A DNA stretch of 64,000 bases from positions 57,299 to 121,298 of IMG/VR virus record IMGVR_UViG_2930578203_000001. One strand, given 5' to 3'. Both the position numbers and the translations under genes were made by a program. This document shows positions 1 through 11,600 of the stretch, one piece after another. Each line of letters starts with the position of its first letter. Position 1 is the stretch's first letter. The stretch is from a virus. Its lineage: Duplodnaviria; Caudoviricetes. The notes below the pieces were generated by a model. The model searched no databases, was not told the origin of the DNA, and was given only the letters and a program-made list of their open reading frames with translations.

Positions 1-1593
1 ACCTCCGCCCGCCCTCGCGAGATGGCCTACGAGACGCTGTCCGGCACCTCCAAGGGCGAGATCCTGGCCGCGTTCGGTGTCCCCGAAAGCATCGTCGGCA
101 ACGCCTCCGAGCGGACCTACGCGAACGCTGACCGCGAGGAATACAACTTCTGGGACCACACGGAGCTGCCCCACCTCAACCTGATCGCCTCCGGGTTCGA
201 CCCGGACCTCGATGACGAGTGGATCGTCCGCTTCGACACCTCCAGTGTTCAGGCGTTGGAGTTCCCCCGCCGCCAGGCCCGCGAGGAAGCCCGCAAGGAG
301 TGGGAAGCCGGCCTCATCACGATCGACGAGTACCGGGAGATCGCGGGTCGACCGGCATTCAACGTCCCACAGTCCCGGGCCCTTTGGATCTCTCCGCAGA
401 AGGCCCCCGTACCCGCCAACGACCAGGACGCCGCCGCACTGGGCCTCGGTCCCGACCCGGCCGCGGGCGGAACACCCGGAGCCGCGCCCACCGGTGCCCC
501 GCTCCCGCCGGGCACCGCTCCGGATACCGCGGCCGCCGACGTCGCCGCCGCCCGCGCTCTGGACGCTGGCCCGAGCGCCGCCGCGGATGTCGCCGCAGCG
601 CGGGCGCAGGGCACGCCCCTCGCCCTGCCTGCCGGTTCGACGGCTACCGACGCCGTCGCCGCGGCCCGCGCCGCCACTACCGACAGCGGCCCCGGTGACG
701 CGGCCGCCGACGTCGACCGCGCCCGCAGCACCCAGGACGCTGCACTCCCCGGCGACGACGCCGAGGACGTCGACGCCGCACGCGCCGCGGTCGAGACCAA
801 GGCCCTGCCCGAGGACGACGGATACGAGGTCACTGACGACGACTTCGACGCTCTGTCCATGGCCGTGTCCGCGGCCGTCACCGCGCTCCTCGCACGCCAG
901 GAAGGCGTCATACTCGCCCGGCTCCGCGCCCCGAAGATCCGCAAGTACACGAGGTACTGGGAGCCCGAGAACGACGACGACGTCCGGCACGTCGACGCCG
1001 ATCTCGACCAGGACCGTGTGGTCAGCGCCGCCCGCTGGGCCGAGGAGACCAGCCAATCCCTGACCCCGATCCTTCAGCAGGCGGCCATCGCCACGGCACG
1101 CAAGGTCGGCCAGGCCCTCACCGGCACGGACGAGGTCCCGCCGTCCGCGGCCGCGGCCGCCATCGTCACCGCGGCGTACGCCGGCGAGGCCATCACCGGA
1201 TTCCTCACCGAACTCGCCACCGTCCTCCGCGACGCCCAGCACGACGCCGCTGATGTCGGCGACTTGGCGCACGCCGTCGTCAGGTACTACCACTCCGCAG
1301 AGCCTGTTCTGATCGCCCGCGTCGCCGAGACGTGCGCCGTGGCGACCATCAACGGCGCAGCGGACGCCGCGGCAGAGCACGCCGGTCCGCACGTCGTCCG
1401 GACCTGGGTCACCCGCGCAGACAACCGAGTACGGCCCGCGCACAAGGCCCTCCAGGACAAGACGCTGCCGGTCGGCACCCCGTACACCATCGACGGCGCC
1501 AGCCTCCGCTACCCCGGCGACCCCTTCGCCCCGATCGCCCTCACGATCAACTGCCGCTGTCGCCTGCACTACGCCACCGACTCGAAGGAGTGA
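1..1593 (+). CDS. Portal protein C-terminal part fused to MuF-like (minor head) domain; 5' truncated
   Basis: Frame open from base 1; portal-like 'ILAAFGVPES...TYAN' and 'GLITIDEYRE'; MuF-like 'WVTRADNRVRPAH...YPGDP...INCRC'. Confidence 0.85.
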   Translation, partial: TSARPREMAYETLSGTSKGEILAAFGVPESIVGNASERTYANADREEYNFWDHTELPHLNLIASGFDPDLDDEWIVRFDTSSVQALEFPRRQAREEARKEWEAGLITIDEYREIAGRPAFNVPQSRALWISPQKAPVPANDQDAAALGLGPDPAAGGTPGAAPTGAPLPPGTAPDTAAADVAAARALDAGPSAAADVAAARAQGTPLALPAGSTATDAVAAARAATTDSGPGDAAADVDRARSTQDAALPGDDAEDVDAARAAVETKALPEDDGYEVTDDDFDALSMAVSAAVTALLARQEGVILARLRAPKIRKYTRYWEPENDDDVRHVDADLDQDRVVSAARWAEETSQSLTPILQQAAIATARKVGQALTGTDEVPPSAAAAAIVTAAYAGEAITGFLTELATVLRDAQHDAADVGDLAHAVVRYYHSAEPVLIARVAETCAVATINGAADAAAEHAGPHVVRTWVTRADNRVRPAHKALQDKTLPVGTPYTIDGASLRYPGDPFAPIALTINCRCRLHYATDSKE

Positions 1594-1598
1594 CCGCC

Positions 1599-1811
1599 AT
1601 GTGGGCAGCGATTTGGATCGCATGGACCGCCGCGTTTGCCGTGGCAGAGGGCATCGCCCTGGCCAATCGGCGCGACGAGGACACCCTGTCGGAGAACGTC
1701 CGTCGCCTGTTCCGTACCCGCACCAGCAGAGCTGGGAGAGCCGCCTTCGCCGTCGGTTGGTTCGGGTTCTCGGGCTGGTTCGCTCTCCACATCCTCACGG
1801 AGAACATGTGA
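1599..1811 (+). CDS. Small two-helix membrane protein (70 aa)
   Basis: ATG after AAGGAG; MWAAIWIAWTAAFAVAEG...FAVGWFGFSGWFALHIL hydrophobic segments. Confidence 0.7.
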   Translation: MWAAIWIAWTAAFAVAEGIALANRRDEDTLSENVRRLFRTRTSRAGRAAFAVGWFGFSGWFALHILTENM

Positions 1812-1820
1812 GTGCGGCCG

Positions 1821-2597
1821 TTACGGGCGCTTCGGAACCAGTTCCTCGGGCAGCCCCAGGTCACGGCATGCCTCTCTGATCAGCTTCTTCATGGGATCGC
1901 CCTTCAGAAGGGGGCTCATCACGCTCGCTGCTTGAAGCAGGGGAACGGGCATCCAGCACAGATCGGCGAGCCGATCGGCAGGCGACTGCTCGTACAAGGT
2001 GACCTTGTCGTCCTCGACTCCTGAAACGAACGCCGAGGCCGTGAGGTCGGTGGTGTGGGCGTACGAGGACAGGTTCCGGTAAACCGGGTACATCATCGCC
2101 GATCCGTACGCCTTCACCATGTTGTCGAAGTTGGACAGCTCGCCGACGAGTCGCCCATGTCGCTTGCGTTCCTCCTCCGTGTTGAAGCCGAAGTCGGGCT
2201 TCTCCCCGAGATCGACGCTCTCCGGCAGCTGCCACCCCACACCTTCCAGGTTGGTCAGCAGCTTCTCGCGGGACTTGTACGACTCGGAGACCAATGCCTT
2301 GTAGGCATCGTCACCGTTGTCGGCCAACCAATTGATGGCATAGGCGTGCCCCACAAGGTTCCTCATCAAAGGCACTACCTCGACTGTGAAACCCTGGTCG
2401 TAGAGGGCGATCATGGCGTCTGCCGTTCGGTTGGTGAACCGCCACCACCCTGCGAGAACCGCAAATACGGACGTCGATGTCTCAGCCGACGCCAACTCCT
2501 GCACGTGTAGGGCAGCCCCAGCCCCCGCTGTCAGTTTCGGCACAATCGCCCGGACTCGCTTCGCGGTCTTCTCATCGGCTCGATACGCAAAGGTCAT
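1821..2597 (-). CDS. Accessory (moron) protein, DUF5677-like
   Basis: Antisense to the head module; 'LMRNLVGHA' and 'YRNLSSYAH' motifs resemble DUF5677 proteins. Confidence 0.6.
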   Translation of the reverse strand: MTFAYRADEKTAKRVRAIVPKLTAGAGAALHVQELASAETSTSVFAVLAGWWRFTNRTADAMIALYDQGFTVEVVPLMRNLVGHAYAINWLADNGDDAYKALVSESYKSREKLLTNLEGVGWQLPESVDLGEKPDFGFNTEEERKRHGRLVGELSNFDNMVKAYGSAMMYPVYRNLSSYAHTTDLTASAFVSGVEDDKVTLYEQSPADRLADLCWMPVPLLQAASVMSPLLKGDPMKKLIREACRDLGLPEELVPKRP

Positions 2598-2659
2598 AGC
2601 GAGCGACGCTACGCCCCGCGGGAGCAGCACGGCAGCCGAATATGGCCAGGTCGCCGGGG

Positions 2660-2694
2660 CGCGACGCTAACCACCTGTGCTGTGCATGGTCCGC
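2660..2694 (+). promoter_or_regulatory. Phage late-promoter-like motif (copy 1), probably leaderless
   Basis: CGCGACGCTAAC...CATGGTCCGC, ATG at 2698. Confidence 0.65.
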
Positions 2695-2697
2695 GCC

Positions 2698-5600
2698 ATG
2701 CTGAATCGCCCCAATGCACAGGCTGAGTCGCAGGACCTGAGTCGCGACCTCGAGGTCAAGGTCACGCGTCGGCCGTGGAACCCTGCTCTGCACCCCCGGG
2801 ACAGCAAGGGCCGCTTCATCGAGACCGGCGGGGTGGTGAGGACCTGGGGCGGCAAGCTCGCGCGCGTCATCCGCGCGCTCCCGCACGACCGCATCCTCGT
2901 CCAGGACCAGACCGGCCCGGACGAGTTCCGCGGCCGCAGGCACACCACCAGTGCCAAGTGGGTCAGCATGGTCGCGCGCCCCGACGGCAGCGCGCCCACC
3001 GACGACGAAGAGAAGGTCGCCGAAGAGGACGAGCGGCGCACCCAGGACCCGCGCCGCGGCAACGGCGTTGCCCGCGACGACGACGGCGACCCCAACACCC
3101 CGAACGACCCGCACGACCAGGACGACAAGGGCCGCCCGATCGGCGAGGACGACGGCGACGGCCCGGACGACGATGACGACCAGGACGAGCCCGAGGACGG
3201 CGCCCACCCGGTCAACGTCGATGCCCTGCCGAACCAGCAGCACGCCGCCGGGGCCCGGTACGCCGATACCGCCGCCGTCCGCCGCCACTTCATGCAGGTT
3301 GCGGCCCAGCCCGGCACGAGCACGGACATGGCCACCTTCCTGCGCTCGGTGGCACACGACGACGACCTGCGGACCACCTCGTCCGGCCGACTCGTCATCC
3401 TCCTCGACGACCGGCCCGAGCACGCTGGCCGCTGGAACCTCACTGCAACCGGCTCCGGACAGCGCGTCGACGCCGCCGGCACCTTCGCCACCGCCGAGGA
3501 CACCGCCCGATTCGCCGAACACCTCGACAAGACCGCCGTGAACGGTCAGCTCACCAAGTTTCAGCAGCCGTTCGACTTCTCCGACCCGCAACTGGACCGG
3601 GAGGCCCGCGACTGGCGCTCCACCAGGGGCGAGAACATCCAGGGCGCTATCCAGCGGGCCCGTAAGGAGTTCGACGGCACGGACACCGCCCCGGCCTCCC
3701 CGAAGCCCGCACAGGCCCCCTCCGCCGCTGCCGCGGACGGACGGCGCTTCACCACCCTGCAGGACGTCCGCGCGCACTGGACTGACATGCGTACCCGCCT
3801 GAGCCAGGGCGGCCCCGAGACGCAGAACGCCGTGCGGATTCTGGACACCCTGATCAACGACGACCGGCTCAAGCTCGTAGGCCGTGGGCAGCTCGTCACG
3901 CGACGAGACGAAAACGGCGACTGGCTCCTCGTCGCCACCGGCAGCGGCTACACCCTGCGCGGGCAGACCCTGCACCCCCGCTTCGAGTCGCAGGAAGAGG
4001 CACAGCGCTTCGGCCGCTTCCTCGTCGCCTCCGGCATCAAGGGCGAGAACGGCGAGCCGCTGGACATGTCCCGCGGTGCCATCAGCCGGTGGCGCTCCGA
4101 GGACAACCAGTCCTTCAGCGAGGTCGTCGACGAGGCTCTCGCCAAGTGGCAGAGGGAGCGCGGCGGAGACGCCCCGGCCGGACAGAACGCACCAGCGCCG
4201 GACGCGCCGCAGGCCCATGACGAGACCGGCGCCCCTGCGCAGCCGGAGGCGGAACCCGCACCGGCCCCGGCCGTCCCCGAGGGTGCTAAACCCGTCGACG
4301 GGGTCGACGGCTACCACTACGTCAACGACGGCGGATCAATCACCCTGTATGGCCCCGACGGACAGGTCGCCGCGACCAGCGAGCGCGGCTACCCGCCGAA
4401 GGCCAAGATCGACGGCGTCACCGTGCCCGTCCCTCAGTACCCGAAGCAGGGCGCCGCGGTGATGGCCCGGCTGCACCGCGGCGCCCAGAACCCGGACCAG
4501 CGCGACCGGATCACCGCGGCGTGGGTGATGAAGCCCGGCAAGGACGGCAAGCCCGCCAAGCGGGTCATGGTCTTCCGCGGCACCATCAAGGGCGACGAGC
4601 GGGACTACGACGCCGTGGGCTCCACCCGCGCCATCAAGTGGGCCCCGTCCCTGCGGGCGTACTCGACCCAGTCGAACATGACCGAGGCCACGCGGGACGA
4701 GCGGATCTCCGAGGTCCTGTCCAAACTCGCCCGCCAGGGCCGCAACATCCACGTCACCGACGAGACCGCCGCGGGCAGCCCCGATGCACCGGCCAACGCC
4801 GTCGACGAGACCGAGGCCCTGCGCAAGGCCATCGCCAACGCGGACGACCCTCGCCTGTCGCAGTTGAAGTACGAGCGGTGGGCATCGCTCAACCGCACCC
4901 GCTCTGAGGCCAACCGCAAGCGTCTGAACTCTGAGATCGCAATGATCGACGACGAGTTGAAGCGCCGCCGAATCGAGCGGGACGAGGCCGCCGCCCGGGA
5001 CGTCTCCTCGCTCAGCGACGACGACATCGCCAACCGCATCCGCGAGTCACAGGAGGAGCGCGGTACATACGGTGCCCGCAAGGGCCAGGACGCCAACGAC
5101 GTCGAGCGGGCCATCTACAGCGAGCGCCGCCGCCGCTCGCAGGCCCTCGTCGACGACGACACCGACCTGACCACGGCCGCCGAGGACGACCTGGCCAAGG
5201 CCCGCGAGACCATCGCCGAACGCGTCCGCATGCACCAGGCCGCCGGCGACGACCCCGAGGCCGAGCGCACCATGCGCCAGGCCCTGCAGAACCGGCACGA
5301 CGCCATCGTGGGCGAGCAGCAGAGCCGCCATGCCCAGAAGATCGCCGATCGGCCGCCGGTCGCCGACCTCACCGACGAGGAACTGTCGCAGGAGTACAAC
5401 GACTTGCTCCGGCGCGACTTCCGGAAGGCCCCTCCGGAGGCGCAGCAGGTCCTCGAGGGCCGCATGGAGGACGTCAAGCGGGAGCGCCGCGACCGGGAAA
5501 AGCGGGCCATCACCGACCGCGATGCCCCCGAGAACCTGAGCGATGAGGACCTGAAGGCGGAGTACACCGAGCTTCGCCGCACGCGCTCCTCGTACACCGG

Positions 5601-8600
5601 GACCGACGACGTCAAGGCGGCCCGCAAGGAACGCATGGCCGCGCTGGAGGCCGAGCAGAACCGCCGCAGCTCCACGCCGGAGGTCGAGCAGCTCGTCGCC
5701 CGCGTCGACAACCCCGACGACAACGGCATGATCAGCATCGGCGGCGGCAGCGATTACGGCTACGTCGACTACCGGGACCAGACGCACGGGCACACGACCC
5801 GCGAGATCGGGTGGACCTGGGGCAAGCACAGTTGGGGGCACGCAGACACCGCCTATCCCTCCCGCGCCGCAGCTCTGGCAGCGATGGTCCAGGCGTACGA
5901 CAACGACCCCGACACCCGAGGTGAGCGCACCTGGGGCCGTAAGCGCCCCGTGTTCGTGCCGAAGATGTTCGTCGAGCTCTACCAGAACGAGCGTCTTCGC
6001 GACCGGCTCGCCGGCGCCAGCGAGGAACGGCAGTACCTCTACAGCCTGTTCCGGGACCGGTACGGCTGGGACGACGGCGTGAACCCCCTGGTGCCCAGCA
6101 ACAAAAAGGGCCACCACATCAAGGGCCGGAAGCTGTGGGTGCCCGAAGGCCTCCTCGCCGAACTGAACCGGGTGACGGAGGAGCTGTCCCGGGACATGTC
6201 CGTGCGGGCCGCGGACCGGGACGCGGACAGTTCCGACCGCCAGAAGGCCAAGACCCGGCTCGCGTCCATCAACGTGGCTCTGCACGGCATTGAGGCGCAG
6301 CGCGAGTCAGTCCGCAAGAATGGCGGGGACGACGACCGAAAGGTCATCTCCCGCGAGGAGATCGAGGCACAGCAGGCCGCACTCCGTGCAGCGCTGGGAG
6401 GCGACGATGACGAACATGTTCAGTCCGATGGTCCGGGATCACTGGCGGACGTACCGGCCCAAGGAGTGGGCGGCGATGACCGATCCGGAGGCGTTCGTCG
6501 AGACGAAGGCCAGGGAGATCGAGACTCAGATTCTCAAGGCCGAGGAGGCGCTGGAGAAGACCGTTCCGGAGCCGACGGAGTACGAGGAGCAGGTCGGCCG
6601 GCACAAGCAGATCAGGGCGGACGCAACAGCGATGGTCCTGGCGGATCTTCTGCCGGAGCCGGAGCCCGAGGCGGAGAAGGCGCCGGAGCAGACGCCGATG
6701 GAGCAGCACCTGCAGGAGATCAGGGACCTGATGTACGACGCGTAGCGCGGTTCCGGCCTAACCCGGCCGACGCGCCCAAGGGCGCCCGCGCGCGTGCGAC
6801 GGCCAACGTCGAGGCCATCCGCGTCCTCAAGAAGCTGGAGGCCGAGAACCGGCCGGCCACCGACGAGGAGCGCCGCATCCTCGCCCGCTGGTCCGGCTGG
6901 GGCTCGGTACCGATCCTCTTCGCCAACGAGCCGAACGAGAAGGAGCCCCGCTACCAGCAGGGCGGCACCCGGTACGGCAAGTTCGCCAAGGACCACGAGC
7001 GGTGGTCCGAGTACAGCGACATTCGCAGCGAGCTGCAGCGCGTGCTCACGCCTGTGGAGTTCCGGCAGGCATCCCGCGGCGTGCTGTCCATGCACTACAC
7101 GCCGCAGCCCATCGCCGAGGCGATGTGGGAAGGCCTTCGGGCATTCGGCTTCGACCGCGGCGACGTCCTTGAAGCCGGCTCCGGCGCGGGCACTTTCTTC
7201 GGCGTCGCTCCGGACGGCGCCCGCCTGACCGGCGTCGAACTGGACCCGACCACGGCCCGGATCGCTCAGGCGATTTACCCGCATGCCAACGTCCTCAACG
7301 AGTCTTTCGCGGAGACCGACGCCCAGCCGGGCACCTTTGACGCCGCCATCGGCAACGTGCCCTTCGCCCGGGTCCCGTTCGATGACAAGCGGTACCCGGC
7401 AGAGAGCCTTCACAACGGCTTCGTCACCAAGGAGATCGCCCTCGTCCGGCCCGGCGGCATCACCGCCGTCATCACCTCCCGCCAGACCCTCGACTCCAAG
7501 GGCGACAAGGCCCGCCGCCAGATGGCCAAGTACGGCGACCTGGTCGGCGCCGTGCGCCTGCCCTCCGGCGTCTTCACCGACGCCGGCACCGGGGTCACCA
7601 CCGACGTCCTCGTGTTCCGCCGCCGCGAGGACGGCACCGAGCCGGCCGACACGTCATGGCTGGACGCCCCTGAGCGGGACATCAACGGCACCGCACACCA
7701 CATCAACGCCTACTTCGACGAGCACCCCGAGCACATCCTCGGCACGCTGACCATGCAGTCCGGCCCGTACGGGCCCGAGGTGACCGTCAAGGGCGACCCG
7801 GCCAAGGCCGCCGAGCAGCTTCGAGCCGCGCTCGACGACATCGCCACCAAGGCGAAGGCCGACGGCCGCGGCTACGAGCCGCACCCCGACGGCGACAACC
7901 GGCCTCCGGTACAGCTCCAGACGGCCCGGGAGAAGCACGCGAACGACTGGACCGGCCGCCTCTACGAGGGCGATGACGGCCAGTTTTACCAGCACGTCAA
8001 CGGTGCCGAACCGGTCCTGCTGGAGCCCGCCGACGGCAACACCGCCCAGCTTCGCGGCCTCATGCAGCTCCGCGACGTCGCCGCCGAACTGCGCGAACTG
8101 GACCGGAAGAACGACGAGGAGGAGCGCGCCGAGGCTCTGCGCGCCCAACTCCGCGACCTGCACGCCGCCTACGTCGCCGAGTACGGCCCCCTGTCCAAGC
8201 CGGGCCAGCACCGCACCCAGGGCGGCCGCCCGACGGCGTGGGGCTACTTCCGGGCCGACCCGGACGCCGCGGCAGTCCTCGCTCTGGAACGGTGGGACGC
8301 CAACAAGGGCGAACCCGTCCTCTCCCGCGTCTTCACCGAGCGCGCCGCGGCCCGTCGACAGCCGCTCTCCTCGACCAACGATCCGAAGGCGGCCCTGGCC
8401 GCGGTCGTCGCCGCCAAGGGCGAAGTGGACCTCGGCGAGATCGCCCGGCTTCTCGACGTCACCCCGCAGGAAGCGGTGAAGCGCCTCGGCAACGAGGTCT
8501 TCACCGACCCTGAGACCGGCCGCCTCGAGCTGGCCAGCGCCTACCTGTCCGGCGCCGTCCGCGACAAGCTCGACGCCGCCCGCAAGGCCGCCGAGCGCGA

Positions 8601-11600
8601 CCCGGCGTATGCGGTCAACGTGGCCGCGCTGGAGGCCGTTCAGCCGCCGGACCGCACCATCGGCCAGTTCACCCCGGAGATGGGCGCCCACTGGACGCCG
8701 CCGGAACTTCTACAGGGCTTCCTGCGCGAGTACCTGGGCGACCGCACACTCCGTGTCGCGCATGACGACCGGTACGGCTGGATTCTCAACACCGGCCGCG
8801 TGCCCGAGGCCAACAACGTCATGTACGGCGTTCCGGCCGTCGAGCCCGACCCGGATAACGGCATCAAGGGCAACAAGGGCAAGAACGCCGTGGAGATCGC
8901 CCGCGCGATCCTCGGCTTCGGCTCGCTGACCGTCTACGAGGACGACAAGCGCAAGGAAGTCGACGAGGCGACCTCCCGTCTGATCCGGCAGAAGGCCGAC
9001 CAGATGCGGGCCGAGTTCGCCAAGTACGCCACGGCGAACGCTGATCGGCTGAGCGTCCTCACCGACTCGTACAACCGCATCATGAACGGGCACATCGTCC
9101 GTTCGTACGAGGGCATGTCGCCCACGCTGGAGGGCTTCACCCCCGACCGGAACCCCCACCCCTGGCAGCGTTCCGGCGCGGCCCGGATGCAGTTCGAGCG
9201 GGGCGTGATCCTCGCCCACGAGGTGGGCCTCGGTAAGACGTCCACGCTCGTCATGGGTACCCAGGCCCTCAAGGCGTCCGGGCAGATCGAGAAGCCCATG
9301 GCCGTGGTGCCGAACCACCTCGCGCGCCAGTGGTACAACGAGGCCCGGTGCCTGTACCCGAACGCCGATATCCACCTGATCACCTCGGCGGACCTGGCCG
9401 GCGACCGGCGCGGCAGCACGCTGGAGTGGCTGCGCGCCAACAGGCCGGATCTGGTGATCTTCACTGAAGAGGCGTTCGGCTCGATCAAGATGAGCCCGGA
9501 GGCTCAGGACGAGTACGAGTTCCGGGAGCTGGAGGCGCTGCGCGAGCAGCTTGACCGCCAGTACGAGGACGCCGACAACCCGAACCACCCGTTCATCGTC
9601 GCGAAGATCGAGCAGCGCATTGCGACGGTCAGCAAGAACATCAACAAGAACGCCGCCCCGATGCGGCGACCGGGTGAGACGTACTGGGACGACCTCGGAT
9701 TCGACTACTTCGTCGTCGACGAGGCTCACCGGTACAAGGGCGTTGGCTTCCGCTCCAAGGAGGGTGGCGGCGACAAGGCGTCCATCCGCGGCGTCGACCT
9801 GCATCAGAAGACGAGCGACCTGCACCGCCGCCGTCAGGGCCGTGCCACGATCACGCTCGCCACCGGTACGCCGCTGTCGAACAGCATCAGTGAGCAGTTC
9901 ACCATGCTGATGTTCGCGGCGCCGTGGGTGCTGGACGCCTACAAGGCGGGCGCCCCCGACCTGTGGGCCAACACCTTCGGTCGCAAGACCCTGCGCATCG
10001 AGAACGCCCCCGACGGCTCCGGCCTGCGCGTCGTGGAGCGGTTCTCCGAGTTCCACAACAAGCGCGCCATGAAGACCATGTGGGGCCTGGTCGCGGACAC
10101 CAAGCGCGGTGACGACGTCGGCATTCCCCGTCCGAAGCTCAGGGGCGGCAAGCCGAACCTGATCATGGTCGACGCGACGCCCGACCAGAAGAAGCGTCTG
10201 AAGGGGCTCGTCGCCCGCGGTCGCGCGATCCACAACGGTGAGGTCGACCGCCACCAGGACAACATGCTCGCGGTGTCCAACGAGGGCACCAGCGTGGCCC
10301 TCGACCCGCGGCTCATCGACGCCAAGGCCCTGGCCGGCAACAAGCTGAAGGCCGTCGCGGACCGGCACATCGAGCGCTACCACCAGCACAAGGACCGGCT
10401 CTATCCGGTCGCCCTCGACAGCCTCGTCAACCACCCGGTTCCGGGTGCTCTCCAGATGATCTTCCTGAACGAAGGCGTCCCGGGAGGAAAGAACAAGGGC
10501 AACTTCGACGCTTACGCCGAACTCAAGCGGCTCATGGTCGCGGGCGGCATCCCCGCGGACAAGATCGCCTTCGTCCAGGACGCCAAGAAGTCCGGCAAGC
10601 CCGAGGACATGACGGAGCTGTTCCGGAAGGCCCGCGAAGGCGAAATCGCGGTCCTCATCGGCTCCAGCGCCGTCGCGGGTACGGGCATGAACGCCCAGGA
10701 CCGCATGATCTCCCTCTCGCACGTCGACCTCGACTGGGGCGCCGCGCAGATGGAGCAGCGCAACGGCCGCATCCTGCGGTACGGCAACCTGAACCCCGAA
10801 GTCGAGATCGACATCTACGCGACCAAGGGCTCCATGGACGGCTGGAAGGCCGGATTCGTCGCAGCCAAGGCCGAGGGCTTGATCGACATTCAGCGGCCGG
10901 AGCCGGAAGACGGCGACTCCAGCGACGTTGTCCAGGAGATCGACGGCGCCGAGTTCGACTACGAGACGATGGAAGCCGAGATCGGCGGCAACCCCTTCAT
11001 GAGCCAGCTCATGAAGGCGAAGCGCCGTCTCAAGGATCTGGAGATCGACCAGCACAACGAGGCCGCCGAGCGTATCCGCCGCGCCGAAGCCCTCGATGCG
11101 CTGCGCCAGGAATCCCAGGCCACCCGCGACGGCATCCACCGCCGCGAGCAGGCCCTGCCCCGCATCCAGGAGGCCGACGACCGGTTCCGTATGACCATTG
11201 GCGGCTCCCCGTACGGCGAGCGCTCCGACGCCGGCAAGGCCCTGCACCGCCAGATCACCTCCCGCCTCCTGGAGCACAACCGCGAGGGCCTGAGTGACTG
11301 GCACATCCTTGGCCAGTTCCGCGGCTTGGACTTCGGTGTCCGCACCGAGAAGACAGCGGACGGCAAGCTCGTCGCGCACGTCGGCTTCCCCGACCTGCGG
11401 CAGTCCGACTTCGAGCGGACCGTGGAGGACTTGCAGAAGAAGGGCGCCGGGTCGGGCATGATCACCCGCCTCGGCAACGCCCTCGACAAGGCGCCCGCGT
11501 TGCAGGAGTCGGACCGGGCCAAGGTGCCGGAGCTGGACGAGCAGATAGCCCTGCTCCAGTCCGCGCACGCGGCCGCAGACCTCACCCCGCAGATCGACCA

